A stretch of DNA of 64,000 nt from positions 5,317,210 through 5,381,209 of the forward strand of contig CM119266.1 in assembly GCA_051294375.1 (NCBI GenBank), read 5' to 3'. The stretch is from Paraspadella gotoi (taxonomy: Eukaryota > Animalia > Chaetognatha). Below are positions 23,917 through 64,000 of the stretch, piece by piece; position 1 is the stretch's first letter; each line of letters opens with the position of its first letter. The position numbers and the translations under genes were made by a program. The notes under the pieces are model-generated. The model had not been told where the DNA came from and ran no database searches. It saw only the letters and a list, made by a program, of their open reading frames with translations.

Positions 23917-24542
23917 CTTTTTCAGCGGGAGAAGTAAAGAGGGAGGGAGGGAATGGATGCGGTTTTTAAGGGGATGGTCTAATGTGAACAAACTAGCGGA
24001 GATTGAATGAATAATTGATTATACAAGATTAAATTGATTACTAGTTCGTGTTTACAATTACTGAAACTTAATTAGTGACCTGTTAACAACGAGAGAAGAT
24101 ACTGAAGTAGATTTTAAATTAAGACGGTTAAATAATGTATACAAATACAATTGTTTCACAAGACATTTAAAGTTTATTCTTTTGAATTGATTTATATAGG
24201 GAAAGAAAAAATTATAGTTCCAGAAATTCACTGATTCTGATCTTGATAAAGAACGTTATTGAAAGTTTATGGGGCAAAAGAGAGTAAGAGTGAAAAAGAG
24301 AGAGAGAAGGAAGAGAGAGAGAGAGTAGAGACTGGAGAAGAGAGAAACGATAGCCGATCGGGAGAAACGAGTCTGGAAAATATCTAATATCAAACCTTTT
24401 TTTTTTCAAAGTCGAATCCGGTCTTGACTAAAGAGGAAGGAAACACTCAGCATCTTGGAAAAAAAAATCAGCAAATTTAGCTATCTATCTCTCTCTCTCT
24501 CCTCTCTCTCTCTCCTATCTCTCTCTCTTTTCTCTCTCTCTC

Positions 24543-24573
<31 letters not shown>

Positions 24574-24719
24574 TTTCTCTCTCTCTCTCTCTATCTCTTT
24601 TGCCTCTCTTTCCTCTCTCACTTACTCTCCCCCTGTATCGTTTTTTCTCTATCTCATCTCTCTCTCTCTCTTTTCTCTCATATCTCTCTCTCCCTCTCTT
24701 TCTTTCTCTCTTCTCTTCT

Positions 24720-24750
<31 letters not shown>

Positions 24751-25658
24751 CTCTATATCTCTCTCTGTCTCCCTCTCAATCTCTATCTCTCTCTCTCTAT
24801 TTCTCTCTCTCTCTCTCTATCTCTCACTTTTTCTCTAGTTCTAATCCTCATTTTTATCTATCTCATCTCCTTCTCCTCGTTTACCATCTCTCACTTCTCT
24901 CGTCTCGCTCTCTGTCTGGCACGTCAACGCTCCATTTTTTCAATTTTTTATGTTTTTTTTCCTCGCCAGAATCGCAAAATCGTCTATCTCTCTTTCTATC
25001 TCTCTCTCTCTCTTTCTCTCTCACCACGTTCGCGAGCTCATCTCGACCGATTCACGTTTCAGCTCAAAACTGAACCAATTCACTTAAACGGTAAATATTT
25101 TAAAAAACTTCCGCTCTCTATTCCAAGAGTGCCTCATTTCTGTTCGCTCTCTTTTCCAAGAGTTCTTAATTTCTGTTCGCTCTCTTTTCTAAGAGTGCCT
25201 CATTTCTGTTCGCTTTCTTTTGCCTAATCCAAATCCTTAATCCTAATCCTTAACCCTAATCTGGCCTTAATTCTGGCCTTACTACGCTTTGGTATTTGCT
25301 ATCTATTAAGTAAAAATTTAAATCTTTTGAGTGATTCTAAAATATTTTTAATTGGGTGTATTCACATTTTTAATTAAATTATTATTTTAGTGCAGATAGT
25401 TTGTAATAATTAATTAATCAATTACCGCTAATGATCGTAGGCGGTTGCGACACTGTTTGCTCAAACTTATTGTTTTTAAATTTAGATTTTTTTATGATAT
25501 CGATACAATTTATTATTTTAAATTCCCGATTCTCTTGAAAAAACCAGTAAAACCAATGAAGAGAAATCGCATTAGATTGATTAATGGTAGTTAGTCAAGA
25601 GTTATTTTTAGATTTTGCTTGGGATTTTTGTTTTGGAAGTTCTTTCAGCCGACTCGCT

Positions 25659-26795
25659 TTATGCTCTGATAGTTAATACGCTGACGACGAAAGCAGCGAT
25701 TAAGAGAAAGGAGGAAAGAGAGAAAGAAGCAGCCGCGTTGGCGTCGCCATTGCAGTAATCCATGTCGTTGCAGAAACACGTTTTAGTTTTAGTCCCTGCT
25801 AAGAAAGAGTTCACTTGCTATACCCGTATTAAAACGCTATTTATTTAATTATTGCATTCCGATTGAATATTTTTATTCCACAAAATTAACATTGATAAAA
25901 TCGACTTTTCCAAACTGTTAAATTGAGATGAATACCTAGGAATTTAAGGTTATCACCAATTTCGACGCAGTTCGTATTATCCGACGGCTTGCAGCCCGAT
26001 AATGTGATTGAAGTTTCTTGTAGAACGGTGGTCACCGTTCGAGCGCATTTATACTGTAAAAAACGTTATCATAATAAAAAAACGATATGAATGGCAGGAA
26101 ATATTCTGGTGTGGTGATGTAATATCACTACCCGTTTGATACGACTGCTTTTTATCAGCGCCGAACTAGCGCACTTGGCTAACGCTTCATCTCCGAACCC
26201 AATGCTCAGGGGTTCGATCGCTGGTTGGCACAGTCAAAAAGAGTGACGGGCCGGTTAAACAACCGCATCCAAAGTTCCGGAAAGCAGGGCAACTGACGGA
26301 AAAATCTCCCAGATGGGCGCACTAAGTGTGGGTGCTGTCCACACTCACAGAGAGGCACGGCGACCCTCTCTCCTCTCGGTCACTTTACTGGTCAATATAG
26401 TTTGGTTTCTTCTTTCGCTTTTCTTTACTTAATAAATCCAACTGGCACAAGACTAGAGGCTGATTGATGTTTTCTTCTGAATATCGAATATTTATTTGAA
26501 GACTTTTACAAGCTAAGTTGGTAAGAACTAGAGTCTCGAGAAGAATTGAATAATTACCATTGAATTCGCACATGTTATAGTTGAGCACGTTGTCGTATCG
26601 ACCTTCCCATTGCCACTTGTCTGAAAACAAATACTAGAATTTATTTCTTAATTTTTTTCTATAATTTGCTTAAAATTCACTTACCGAGCAAGATTTGAGT
26701 TTCTTTATATTTGGTCCCCAGCATTTGAGACTCTCAACGCTAAAGGCAAGTAGCGAGACCAAGAGCAGCGTCAAAATTCTTCTTAGCGGCGCCAT
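25659..26795 (-). CDS. Ly6/uPAR (three-finger, quiver/sleepless-like) GPI-anchored protein; exons 26685-26795, 26558-26620, 25936-26053, 25659-25795
   Basis: MAPLRRILTLLLVSLLAFSVESLKCW...SCS|TSGNGKVDTTTCSTITCANSM|YKCART...SGCKPSDNTNCVEI...G|TKTKTCFCNDMDYCN-GDANAAASFSLSSFLLIAAFVVSVLTIRA*: signal peptide, LxC start, 10 Cys, CxC...CN end, hydrophobic GPI signal; phases are consistent. Confidence 0.9.
26160..26388 (+). mobile_element. tRNA-derived SINE in intron 2 of the Ly6 gene
   Basis: Pol III A-box-like TAGCGCACTTGG (26167) and B-box-like GGTTCGATCGC (~26211), GC-rich body in AT-rich intron, ends CACTTTACT. Confidence 0.6.
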
Positions 26796-26862
26796 TGTAC
26801 GTTTTCCTTTAGCGATTGACTGTGGATTTTGGAAAATTAGATCAAATAAATTGTGGCAATTA

Positions 26863-27419
26863 AGACAATCATTGATTTTACAATTAACCAAGTACAATAT
26901 CTACGACATGATAATTCCGTGAAAACATTATGAGGAAAAAAATTTTTTAAAAATTTTTTTATCGGGTTAAAAAAAAATTTATAGGATATTTTGAGGCAAC
27001 ATCAATATGCGACCTCATAAGATCATCTCTCTCTCTCTCTATCACTGGCCGATCACGTTGGGCTCACCACGTGTGGCAATTAAATGGGACAAGGTTCAAA
27101 TCGAGAATTATTTATTCTCCAATAAATAAAACAGAGATCAACTCCAAAACAATGCTAAGTTTAAAACAATGAACAATAAACTGTACAGAGAAACTGGCTG
27201 AGGACAGCCAGGAGAGAGTCGTGGTGACCGGTGTTCGGTCAGTGATTAAGAGAGAGAGATGATCTTATGAGTCCGCGTGTTGATGTTGCCACAAAATATC
27301 CTATAAAATTTTTTTTTAACCCAATAAAAAAAATTTTAAAAAAGATTTTTCCTCATAATGTTTTTACGGAATTATATCGTAGATAAGTACTTGATTAATT
27401 GTAAAATCAATGGCTGTCT
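26863..27419. mobile_element. MITE with ~195-bp terminal inverted repeats, flanked by TA (Tc1/mariner-like)
   Basis: TA-AGACAATCATTGATTTTACAATTAA...ATCACTGGCCGATCAC is mirrored by GTGTTCGGTCAGTGAT...TTAATTGTAAAATCAATGGCTGTCT-TA. Confidence 0.85.
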
Positions 27420-27582
27420 TACGAAAAAACTTCGGAGAAACTAAAAGTTAAAGTCGAAAAAAAAAAACCTTATACAAAGTGAGAGAGAAAGAGAGACAGG
27501 AAGAAAGAGAGAGGGAGCACGAGCTCCTCCCAACCTAAAACCGGTTCGCACTCACCTTTATATTCAATACAATACAATATTA

Positions 27583-28078
27583 TACAGTCCTGTGCAAAAT
27601 AAAGAGGACGACACTCTTCAAACTTAAGTTGCGCTCGTTTTAGGCACATATTATAAAAAATATGTATAATAAATGTAGATTTTGAAATGGGAAATCCATA
27701 TATGTAAGTTAAAACAAAAATCGGGTTAAGCATTCAAGTGCTGTAGCTCCCGAAAGACAATTGGTCAAAAACATTCATTAGTTTATTCAATACAAAAAAT
27801 GTTTTTGAAGATCTGCCAAAAACCGAAGATATTTTTTAGCCTTAATTTATGGGCATTTTATTTATGTTTTCTAAAAAAATTATGAATGGGAAAAAAAGAC
27901 TTTTGAAAGAGAAATCCCTATGTGTAACTTAAAAGAAAATCGTTCCAGACATTCCAGAGCTACAGCACCTTAAACACAAGAGGTTAAAATTACCAAAATT
28001 TTCATATTCTCTAACAGTCACTTAACCATTATCTATTTGAGAAAATTTCTAGTTTTCAACCTGTTCAGGCCTACTGTA
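27583..28078. mobile_element. Possible Tc1/mariner-derived remnant
   Basis: Starts TA-CAGTCCTGTGCAAAATAAAGAGGAC (Tc1-like TIR) and ends ...CTACTG-TA; internal diverged direct repeats at ~27691 and ~27911; the ends match only over CAGT. Confidence 0.35.
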
Positions 28079-28414
28079 CAAAGTAACAAACTATAGCCCG
28101 ATCCGAAGTTTGATGTCTTGATCGCATCGGTCGACGAACTGCTAGTTGCTTAACTTACTTTGTTCAAATTGAAACCCAACTGAATCGAAAAGTAACTTTC
28201 TAAAATCCTTGTGTCACAATAAAGTTTGGAGGACTAAAAGTAGAAAAAACCAGAATGACACCTGCATTTTAATCACCCGCTATTCCGCGCAGCCACAAAT
28301 CACTTGTGTCAGTTTTGTAAATTAAATAAGAGATTTCAATTCTGAGAATTGCATCGATTAAAAAACAAGTTTGAGCAAACAATACCGGATTTTTTTCAAC
28401 TGGCATCATTTTTT

Positions 28415-28785
28415 CAACACATTTTCCCACCCACACACAAAATTTTATCTCAATATAGCCATCCAATTATGATTAATTCAAGTTATTATGGATTAAAATT
28501 AGTAAACAGATTTTAATAAATGTAACTTATGTTTTTTCCATTTAACTCATTTCCACACATTTTCCCACCCACACACAAAATTTCATCTCAATCTATCCAT
28601 CCAATTATGATTAATTTAAGTTATAATGGGTTAAAATTAATAAACAGATTTTAATAAATGTAATTCTTTTTAGCTCATTTCCACTCGCACTATTCCATCG
28701 AAACTTCATATCCAGCTCAATCACACACTTCCCTACCCACACACAAAATTTCATTCCAATCAATCCATCCAATCACGAGTAATTC
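28415..28785. repeat. Tandem repeat, ~137-bp unit, 2 full copies plus 1 partial
   Basis: ACACATTTTCCCACCCACACACAAAATTT.ATCTCAAT...CCATCCAATTATGATTAATT recurs at ~28417, ~28555 and ~28725. Confidence 0.9.
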
Positions 28786-29215
28786 GATTTTTTTGTTAAG
28801 GGGGACGGACGGACAGACAGCAGACAGACGGAAGGATAACCTTTTTTTTTCTTAATTTATCATAATATGATGTTCTGAGATGATATAAATGACTTACCGA
28901 TATGATTTTGAGGGGGGTCCGATTGACCGACAAAGTGAATTATAGACTAAAATTTAACCATATTTAAGATGAAATAGGGCGTTCTGGGAAAATAAGGCCA
29001 AAACGTCCTTGTTTCTTTGATCACTGCACCCGATTTTGTGTAAATCTGGGGAGAAAGACTCGTTTGCCCTACAATGCAGTTTTTTGGTGATATAAGTGCT
29101 TAGCTTTGCTGTTTTTTGTGAATTACTAAACTACGAGTTGTGTGGCTGCTTAAAAATGACCGAGAAAAGGCTGGAATAGAAAATGAAATTTCGCCCCTTA
29201 CAATTTAATAACATA

Positions 29216-29246
<31 letters not shown>

Positions 29247-29431
29247 TCCAACCGCTGATTTACAAATATCCTACAAATGTTTACATTGCAGTCAAATGTT
29301 CTTTTCAGTTTCACCGTCACGTGATACATTTCAATTAACGACAAAAAAAAAAAAAACTCTCGCCGAATGGCGAAGTCTAACCTACATTTATCACCAGTCA
29401 GATTTGACTCGTCTAAATCACGAACGTCTCT

Positions 29432-29486
<55 letters not shown>

Positions 29487-29998
29487 ATCTCATCTCTCTC
29501 TCTCTCTCTCTCTCTCAATAAGTCTATTTCGCGTTAACGATCAGATTTCGGGAAAAACCAAAACAGACCCAAATGCTGAAATGGCCAAACAAATTATTCG
29601 AATCACGTGTTATGATTTATTGCGTAATAAAACTTTATTATCATTCATTCATTCATTCATTCATTCATTCATTCATTCATTCATTTTATCTCATTTTGCC
29701 TCATTTCTAACCGTTCATTATTTATTTTCTCTGCAGATCGAAAGGCAGCGCTGAAGATGTACACAAACAATTGAAATTTCTAAATTACAAAAAAAGGGAC
29801 ATGTAATCAATTTTGCCAAATGTCATTTTTTTTCTCAATCGGAGTCAATCGGCCAGAAAATCTTGCACGTGAAAGAAAATGTGATTTGAAATAAAAATGT
29901 TAATTTGGATTTGAAAATAAAGAAAAGTAAACACGAAAGGATTAAAGAGAAAATAAACAAAAAAATTAAAACAATAAATTACTAAATTAACTAAAAAA

Positions 29999-58302
<28,304 letters not shown>

Positions 58303-58544
58303 GTTAGTTACTGGGTCAGGGTCATTGACAGGTCTGGGTAGGGTCAATGACGGGTCAAAAAGGTCGGTGAAAGGAGAAAGGGGTAAGTGGCTCCATTCCT
58401 TTGAAGTCGGTTGAAAGGTGAGGCCATGAGGTAAGTAAAGATGAATGCGCGGATCGAGGTGTGTGGAAATGAAATGTTGTGTGTGAGTGGGTTGTTGACT
58501 CATTCGGAAAAATACATGCGGAGAAAACAAAAGATGAGAGAAAG

Positions 58545-58790
58545 GAGAAGATTAAAGAAGAAGAGAAAGAAATTAAAAGAAGAAGATTAAACAAGAAGAA
58601 AAAGAAATTAAAAGAAGAAGATTAAAAAAAAAGAGAAAGAAATTAAAAGAAGAAGATTAAAGAAGAATAGAAAGAAATTAAAAGAAGAAGATTGAAGAAG
58701 AAGAGAAAGAAATTAAAAGAAGATTGAAGAAGAAGAGAAAGAAATTAAAATAAGAAAATTGAAGAAGAAGAGAAAGAAATTAAAAGAAGA
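58545..58790. repeat. 35-bp purine-rich minisatellite, about 7 copies
   Basis: Unit ATTAAAGAAGAAGAGAAAGAAATTAAAAGAAGAAG. Confidence 0.9.
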
Positions 58791-58896
58791 GAATTTCTAG
58801 GTCATCGAATAATTTTCCAATCGAATTTTCGACGATTAAAAGGAAGAGTCATCAGACAAAAACGCGAGCTTCCAAAAGGAGTTTATAGAATCGATC

Positions 58897-59019
<123 letters not shown>

Positions 59020-61820
59020 CCTCAAGCCTCAAAATACTCGAGCGAAAACTCGAATTAATTGATTTAAAATTGATCGTCTATCGTCTTTAGATCTTTTTAC
59101 ATCTTTTAATCATCTCTTAAACATCTCTTAATCATCTATAGATCATCTTTTAATCCTTTCATTATCATCAGTTGACTTTAATCATCTGTAGATCATTTTA
59201 GTTTAGTTTTATAAATTTTACTTAATTTAATTATTTTTAAGTCTAAAACAACCATAATTTGAATCACAATTTTTTGACTGTTATCTCAAAACTCATTGGA
59301 AATAATAACCTTAGAATGTCAGGTTCAAACACTAAAAAATTAATGGTCATTTGAAATTGATCGACTGAAAAGGAAGAGAGGCGAAGCACCTTATTTTTCT
59401 TAAGGGGCCCTATCTCGATGGGGAAGTTTTAAGGGATCTCCAAGGGGGGGGGGGTAAGAGGGAATCGACACCCTGGAGTTTTTAATTAAAACATTCGCGG
59501 TTTATGTTTCAAAGAAACCCAAATTTTAGGGCAAGAGGCGTCGGAGGCTAAAAAAAATATAATAAATGTTTAAAAGTGTAATTTTTATTTTTACGACACT
59601 TAACACGAATAAATTTATTTCGCAAATTGATTAAAATTTTTTCAGAAAAAAAAAAATTTAGTATAAATTTGAGGAAGGTTAAAAGGGAATGTTTTTGAGT
59701 GTTGTGATTAGCAAACATTTTTTTTTCATCAAAAAAAAATTATTACTATAGTTTTAGAACGCCTAATTAGCCGGTGAACTATCACTAACTTATTTTAACG
59801 TGAACTATCCGACAACAAAAATATGTTCTCCCACTGACATAAATTTCAAACAATTATATTCTTCAAAAGTTTTTAAATCGATATTTTTTTTTCTCTAAAT
59901 AGTTTTTTAAAACGATTGCGTATTGATTCACGTGTAATTAACAAAATCTCTCGTTGTTCCGTTGTTTGATCCAGATTTTCATAATGACATCGGCTTTGCG
60001 GAATGAACTGAGAGAGGCGCTCTAGAACCAGTAGAACGTTCATTTGTTTTTAATATACTGCCATAGTTCTTTCTTTTTGAGTCTTTTAAGCAAAATAATA
60101 AGTAGAACTTATAAGGAGTCTATTTATCCGAGACTGATCTATTTATTTTGTAAGTAATAATAAACTTCATTTCACACTTGGGCTTAGCTTATTTTCTTTC
60201 CATCCCATGAACATCGAAAAGTCGAAAGCCCAAATATTTTCAGTATCGATTTCTATCGCGAACCATTGAAAATTAACCGCGAAGGACCGTGAACACTAAT
60301 CACCTCGATCACCCGGTGAACGATCGATGGTGACCCGATGAGGATTTCTCTTTATGTCGCCGACTCAGCGAAGATTCGCTGGCGACCACTTCCGGTGCCA
60401 CCACCGCTCTTCCTCCTCCTCCTCCTCTTCCTCTCTCGTCTCATTGTTCACCTGTGCTCCCCCCCCTCTCCCCCCCCTTTCTTGGAGGAAAATCCCGCGG
60501 CGAAAGTCAGCGGATCGAATCTCCGCTCGGAACTTCGTGATTTTCGTGAAAGTCGTCGAATCGAGATTCACGAATCACGAGAAAGTTTGTTTTTTCTTCG
60601 ATTCACGAGTCGATGCTGATTTTCGAGAAGACGACGAAATCCGGACGCCGGATTTTCTCGGCCGCCGTCGCCGATTTCCGGCCGATATTTAAATCTCCGA
60701 GAAATTTTTTTGTTTTAATACGTTTTTGTTGGTGTTTTCGTTTTAATTTACTCTCATTAATTTTGTTTTAATTTCATTTTGTTTTAGTTTTTTGTTCTTC
60801 TTTTGTTTTGTTTTTTTTTCATCGAGTTTCTTGATCTGGTTAACGTTCCTTTTCTGATATTTTTGTCTTCATTATAATTCTTAGTAATTCTATATTTTTT
60901 AAAAAAATATTTATTTCCTAAATGTTTGATTTCATTGCCCACCTTCCATATGACCTTCCACAATATTGCTTGCCCTTGTGTTTTTGACTTTCCAAATGGA
61001 CGAGTTGCTTCTTAAGAAACAAATTTCACAAAATAAAACCAATGTTACCAAAACGTAAACATCCAGAATTCCAGACCAAATTGTCGCACCCAAAACTTTC
61101 ACACTTTTTGGTGATCATAAAATAAACATTTCACGCTGTTTTCACTCTGATCATAAACATCACGAATGTTTTTATCACAGTTGTAAGCTTGTAACATTAA
61201 CTTCGAATCTTATTAAAATAAATATTTCTAATTATTCTTAAATAAAATGATTTTTTAATTTTTTTATTACTTCTTTTACCCGTATTAATGACGAGTCGTC
61301 AACCACAACCATATGTTACTTTACATTTAAATTGTAAATTGTTGTATATTTTATTTCGCTTAAACGTTATAACTATAGAAATTTCTGAGTGTTTATACTT
61401 TAAAGTATTTAAGACACAAAAGCAAAATGTAACATTAAAATGCGGTGAAAGTTATTTTTAGACACTAAAACCAAATTCAGCGTCACAAAGAAACTGAAAT
61501 TTTTAATTTTTATCTGAATAACAGAGGAAGATTAAAAATAAAGCAATTAAATTTTCATTTTTTATTTCCTACGTAAAACTTTAATTTTACGACTTCGTCT
61601 TCTCCCCATTTCATAATTTGTTTTCCTTTTAAGTTGTTTTTATCCACTTCCCTTTTGTTTTAATCCGCTTCCCTTTTGTTTACATTCGCCTCTCTTTTGT
61701 TTTCATCCGCTTCCCTTTTATTTTTATGCGACTTCCTTTTGTTTTTATTCGCTTTGATGCCCTTTTGTCGAGTTACGCCAACTATTTGTTCAGTTGCCTA
61801 ACCAGACTTGAAGCGTCCCT

Positions 61821-61887
<67 letters not shown>

Positions 61888-62281
61888 ACGATCACGTAAT
61901 CGAGTTACGATTTCGTCGACGTCATCTTTTTTTTTTTTTTTTTTTTTTTTGACGTTGGTTACGGTTTTTGCGTGAACGCGTCAATGACGCGTCCACGTCG
62001 CCCGTCGCGCGTCTAAAAGTTACGAACCTCTCAATGATATTTTTTTTGTTGGTATTACAAAATTTTACAAAAACCGAATTATGTTCAAAAGTTATACCCA
62101 AAATAACTTTGGCTTAATATACATCGTGTTCCCATTATAAGTATATCTAATTTAGATTTTTAACAAAACAAAGATTGTTACAATTAACTATTGCGAAATT
62201 TTGTCTACAAAGTTTGTTTTTTATGATTAAAATTAACAACAACGTTTTATAATGGCACTAAGATTTTAAATATTTTAAATA

Positions 62282-64000
62282 AATGGTCATTTGAAATGTG
62301 ATCGACTGAATAAGGAGAAGAGGCGAAGCACCCTTATTCTTTATCAAGTGCACTGTCGCAGAACGTATAGGCTTATGCTCGGTACAGTTTGTTGAACCTG
62401 TAGATGTACCACTCCAGTGGACCATAAGATTTTAGTCCTTTTGAATGTTTTTCTTAGGGGCCCTATCTCGATGGGGAAGTTTAAGGGATCTCCAAGGGGG
62501 GGGGGTTAAGAGGGAATCGACACCCTGGAGTTTTAATTAAAACATTCGCGGTTTATGTTTCAAAAGAAACCCAAATTTAGGGCCAAGAGGCGTCGGAAGG
62601 CTTAAAAAAAAATATAATAAATGTTTAAAAGTGTAATTTTTATTTTTACGACACTTAACACGAATAAATTTATTTCGCAAATGATTAAAAATTTTTTCAG
62701 AAAAAAAAAAATTTAGTATAAATTTGAGGAAGGTTAAAAGGGAATGTTTTGAGTGTTGTGATTAGCAAACATTTTTTTTCATCAAAAAAAAATTATTACT
62801 ATAGTTTAGAACGCCTAATTAGCCGGTGAACTATCACTAACTTATTTTAACGTAACTATCCGACAACAAAATTGTTCTCCCACTGACATAATTTCAAACA
62901 AATTATATTCTTCAAAAGTTTTAAATCGATATTTTTTTTTCTCTAAATAGTTTTTTAAAAAACGATTGGGTATTGATTCACGTGTAATTAACAAAATCTC
63001 TCGTTGTTATCCGTTGTTTGATCCAGATTTTCATAATGACATCGGCTTTGCGGATGAACTGAGAGAGGCGCTCTAGAACCAGTAGAACGTTCAATTTGTT
63101 TTTATATACTGCCATAGTTCTTTCTTTTTGAGTCTTTTAAGCAAAATAATAATAGAACTTATAAGGAGTCTATTTATCCGAGACTGATCTATTTATTTGT
63201 AAGTAATAATAAACTTCATTCACCTTGGGCTTAGCTATTTTCTTTCCATACCATGAACATCGAAAAGTCGAAAGGCCCAAATATTTTCAGTATCGATTTC
63301 TATCGCGAACCATTGAAATTAAACCGCGAAAGGACCGTGAACACATAATCACCTCGATCAACCGGTGAACGTCGATGGTGACCCGATGAGGTTTCTCTTA
63401 TGTCGCCGACTCAGCGAAGATTCGCTGGCGACCACTTCCGGTGCCACCACCGCTCTTCCTCCTCCTCCTCCTCTTCCTCTCTCGTCTCATTGTTCACCTA
63501 GTGCTCCCCCCCCCTCTCCCCCCCTTTCTTGGAGGAAAATCCCGCGCGAAAGTCAGCGGATCGAATCTCCGCTCGGAACTTTCGTGATTTTCGTGAAAGT
63601 CGTCGAATCGAGATTCCACGAATCACGAAAAGTTTGTTTTTTCTTCGATTCACGAGTCGATGCTGATTTTCGAGAAAGACGACGAAATCCGACGCCGGAT
63701 TTTCTCGGCCGCCGTCGCCGATTCCGGCCGATATTTAAATCTCCGAGAAATTTTTTTGTTTTAATACGTTTTTTGTTGGTGTTTTCGTTTTAATTTACTC
63801 TCATTAATTTTGTTTTAATTTCATTTTGTTTTAGTTTTTTGTTCTTCTTTTGTTTTGTTTTTTTTTCATCGAGTTCTGATCTGGTTAACGTTCCTTTTCT
63901 GATATTTTTGTCTTCATTATAATTCTTAGTAATTCTATATTTTTTAAAAAATATTTATTTCCTAAATGTTTGATTTCATTGCCACCTTCCATAGACCTTC
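62282..64000 (+). repeat. Near-identical direct copy of 59342-60960 with 1-nt indels and a ~110-bp extra segment (~62343-62447)
   Basis: AATGGTCATTTGAAAT...GCCCACCTTCCATATGACCTTC is collinear in both; differences are mostly homopolymer or single-base deletions. Confidence 0.9.

Noticed and set aside
58826-58856. Second hammerhead (minus strand CTGATGA...GAAA)
   Set aside because: The intervening sequence cannot form stem II and there is no stem III or cleavage triplet

Overview
Eukaryotic (invertebrate animal, probably lophotrochozoan; inferred) draft-assembly window. It is AT-rich, microsatellite-rich and has several N gaps. Most of the supplied ORF track is low-complexity noise; the real genes are spliced and were rebuilt by hand from GT-AG boundaries. 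Genes: the 3' end of an UNC93A-like transporter (+); an XK-related scramblase-like gene with a C-terminal DYVD|G caspase-type site (-); an intronless 1065-aa secreted LDLa-SRCR-SRCR-helical protein (+); a four-exon GPI-anchored Ly6/three-finger gene (-); and the N-terminal SH2 half of chimaerin (+). The most striking item is an ADAM10/Kuzbanian-like gene (-) nested antisense in chimaerin intron 3 and filling it almost wall to wall. It has no prodomain, and its zinc motif reads HATLHSLGLWH (catalytic Glu to Ala, Met-turn Met also lost), so it is a predicted pseudoprotease. Non-coding highlights: a 183-bp TSD-flanked insertion carrying a minimal Penelope-type hammerhead ribozyme, two fold-back MITEs, a tRNA-derived SINE and a Helentron/DINE-like dispersed repeat. 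Several kb (36.5-44.0, 50.7-52.1 and probably 62.3-64.0 kb) are noisy or inverted duplicates that look like assembly artefacts.
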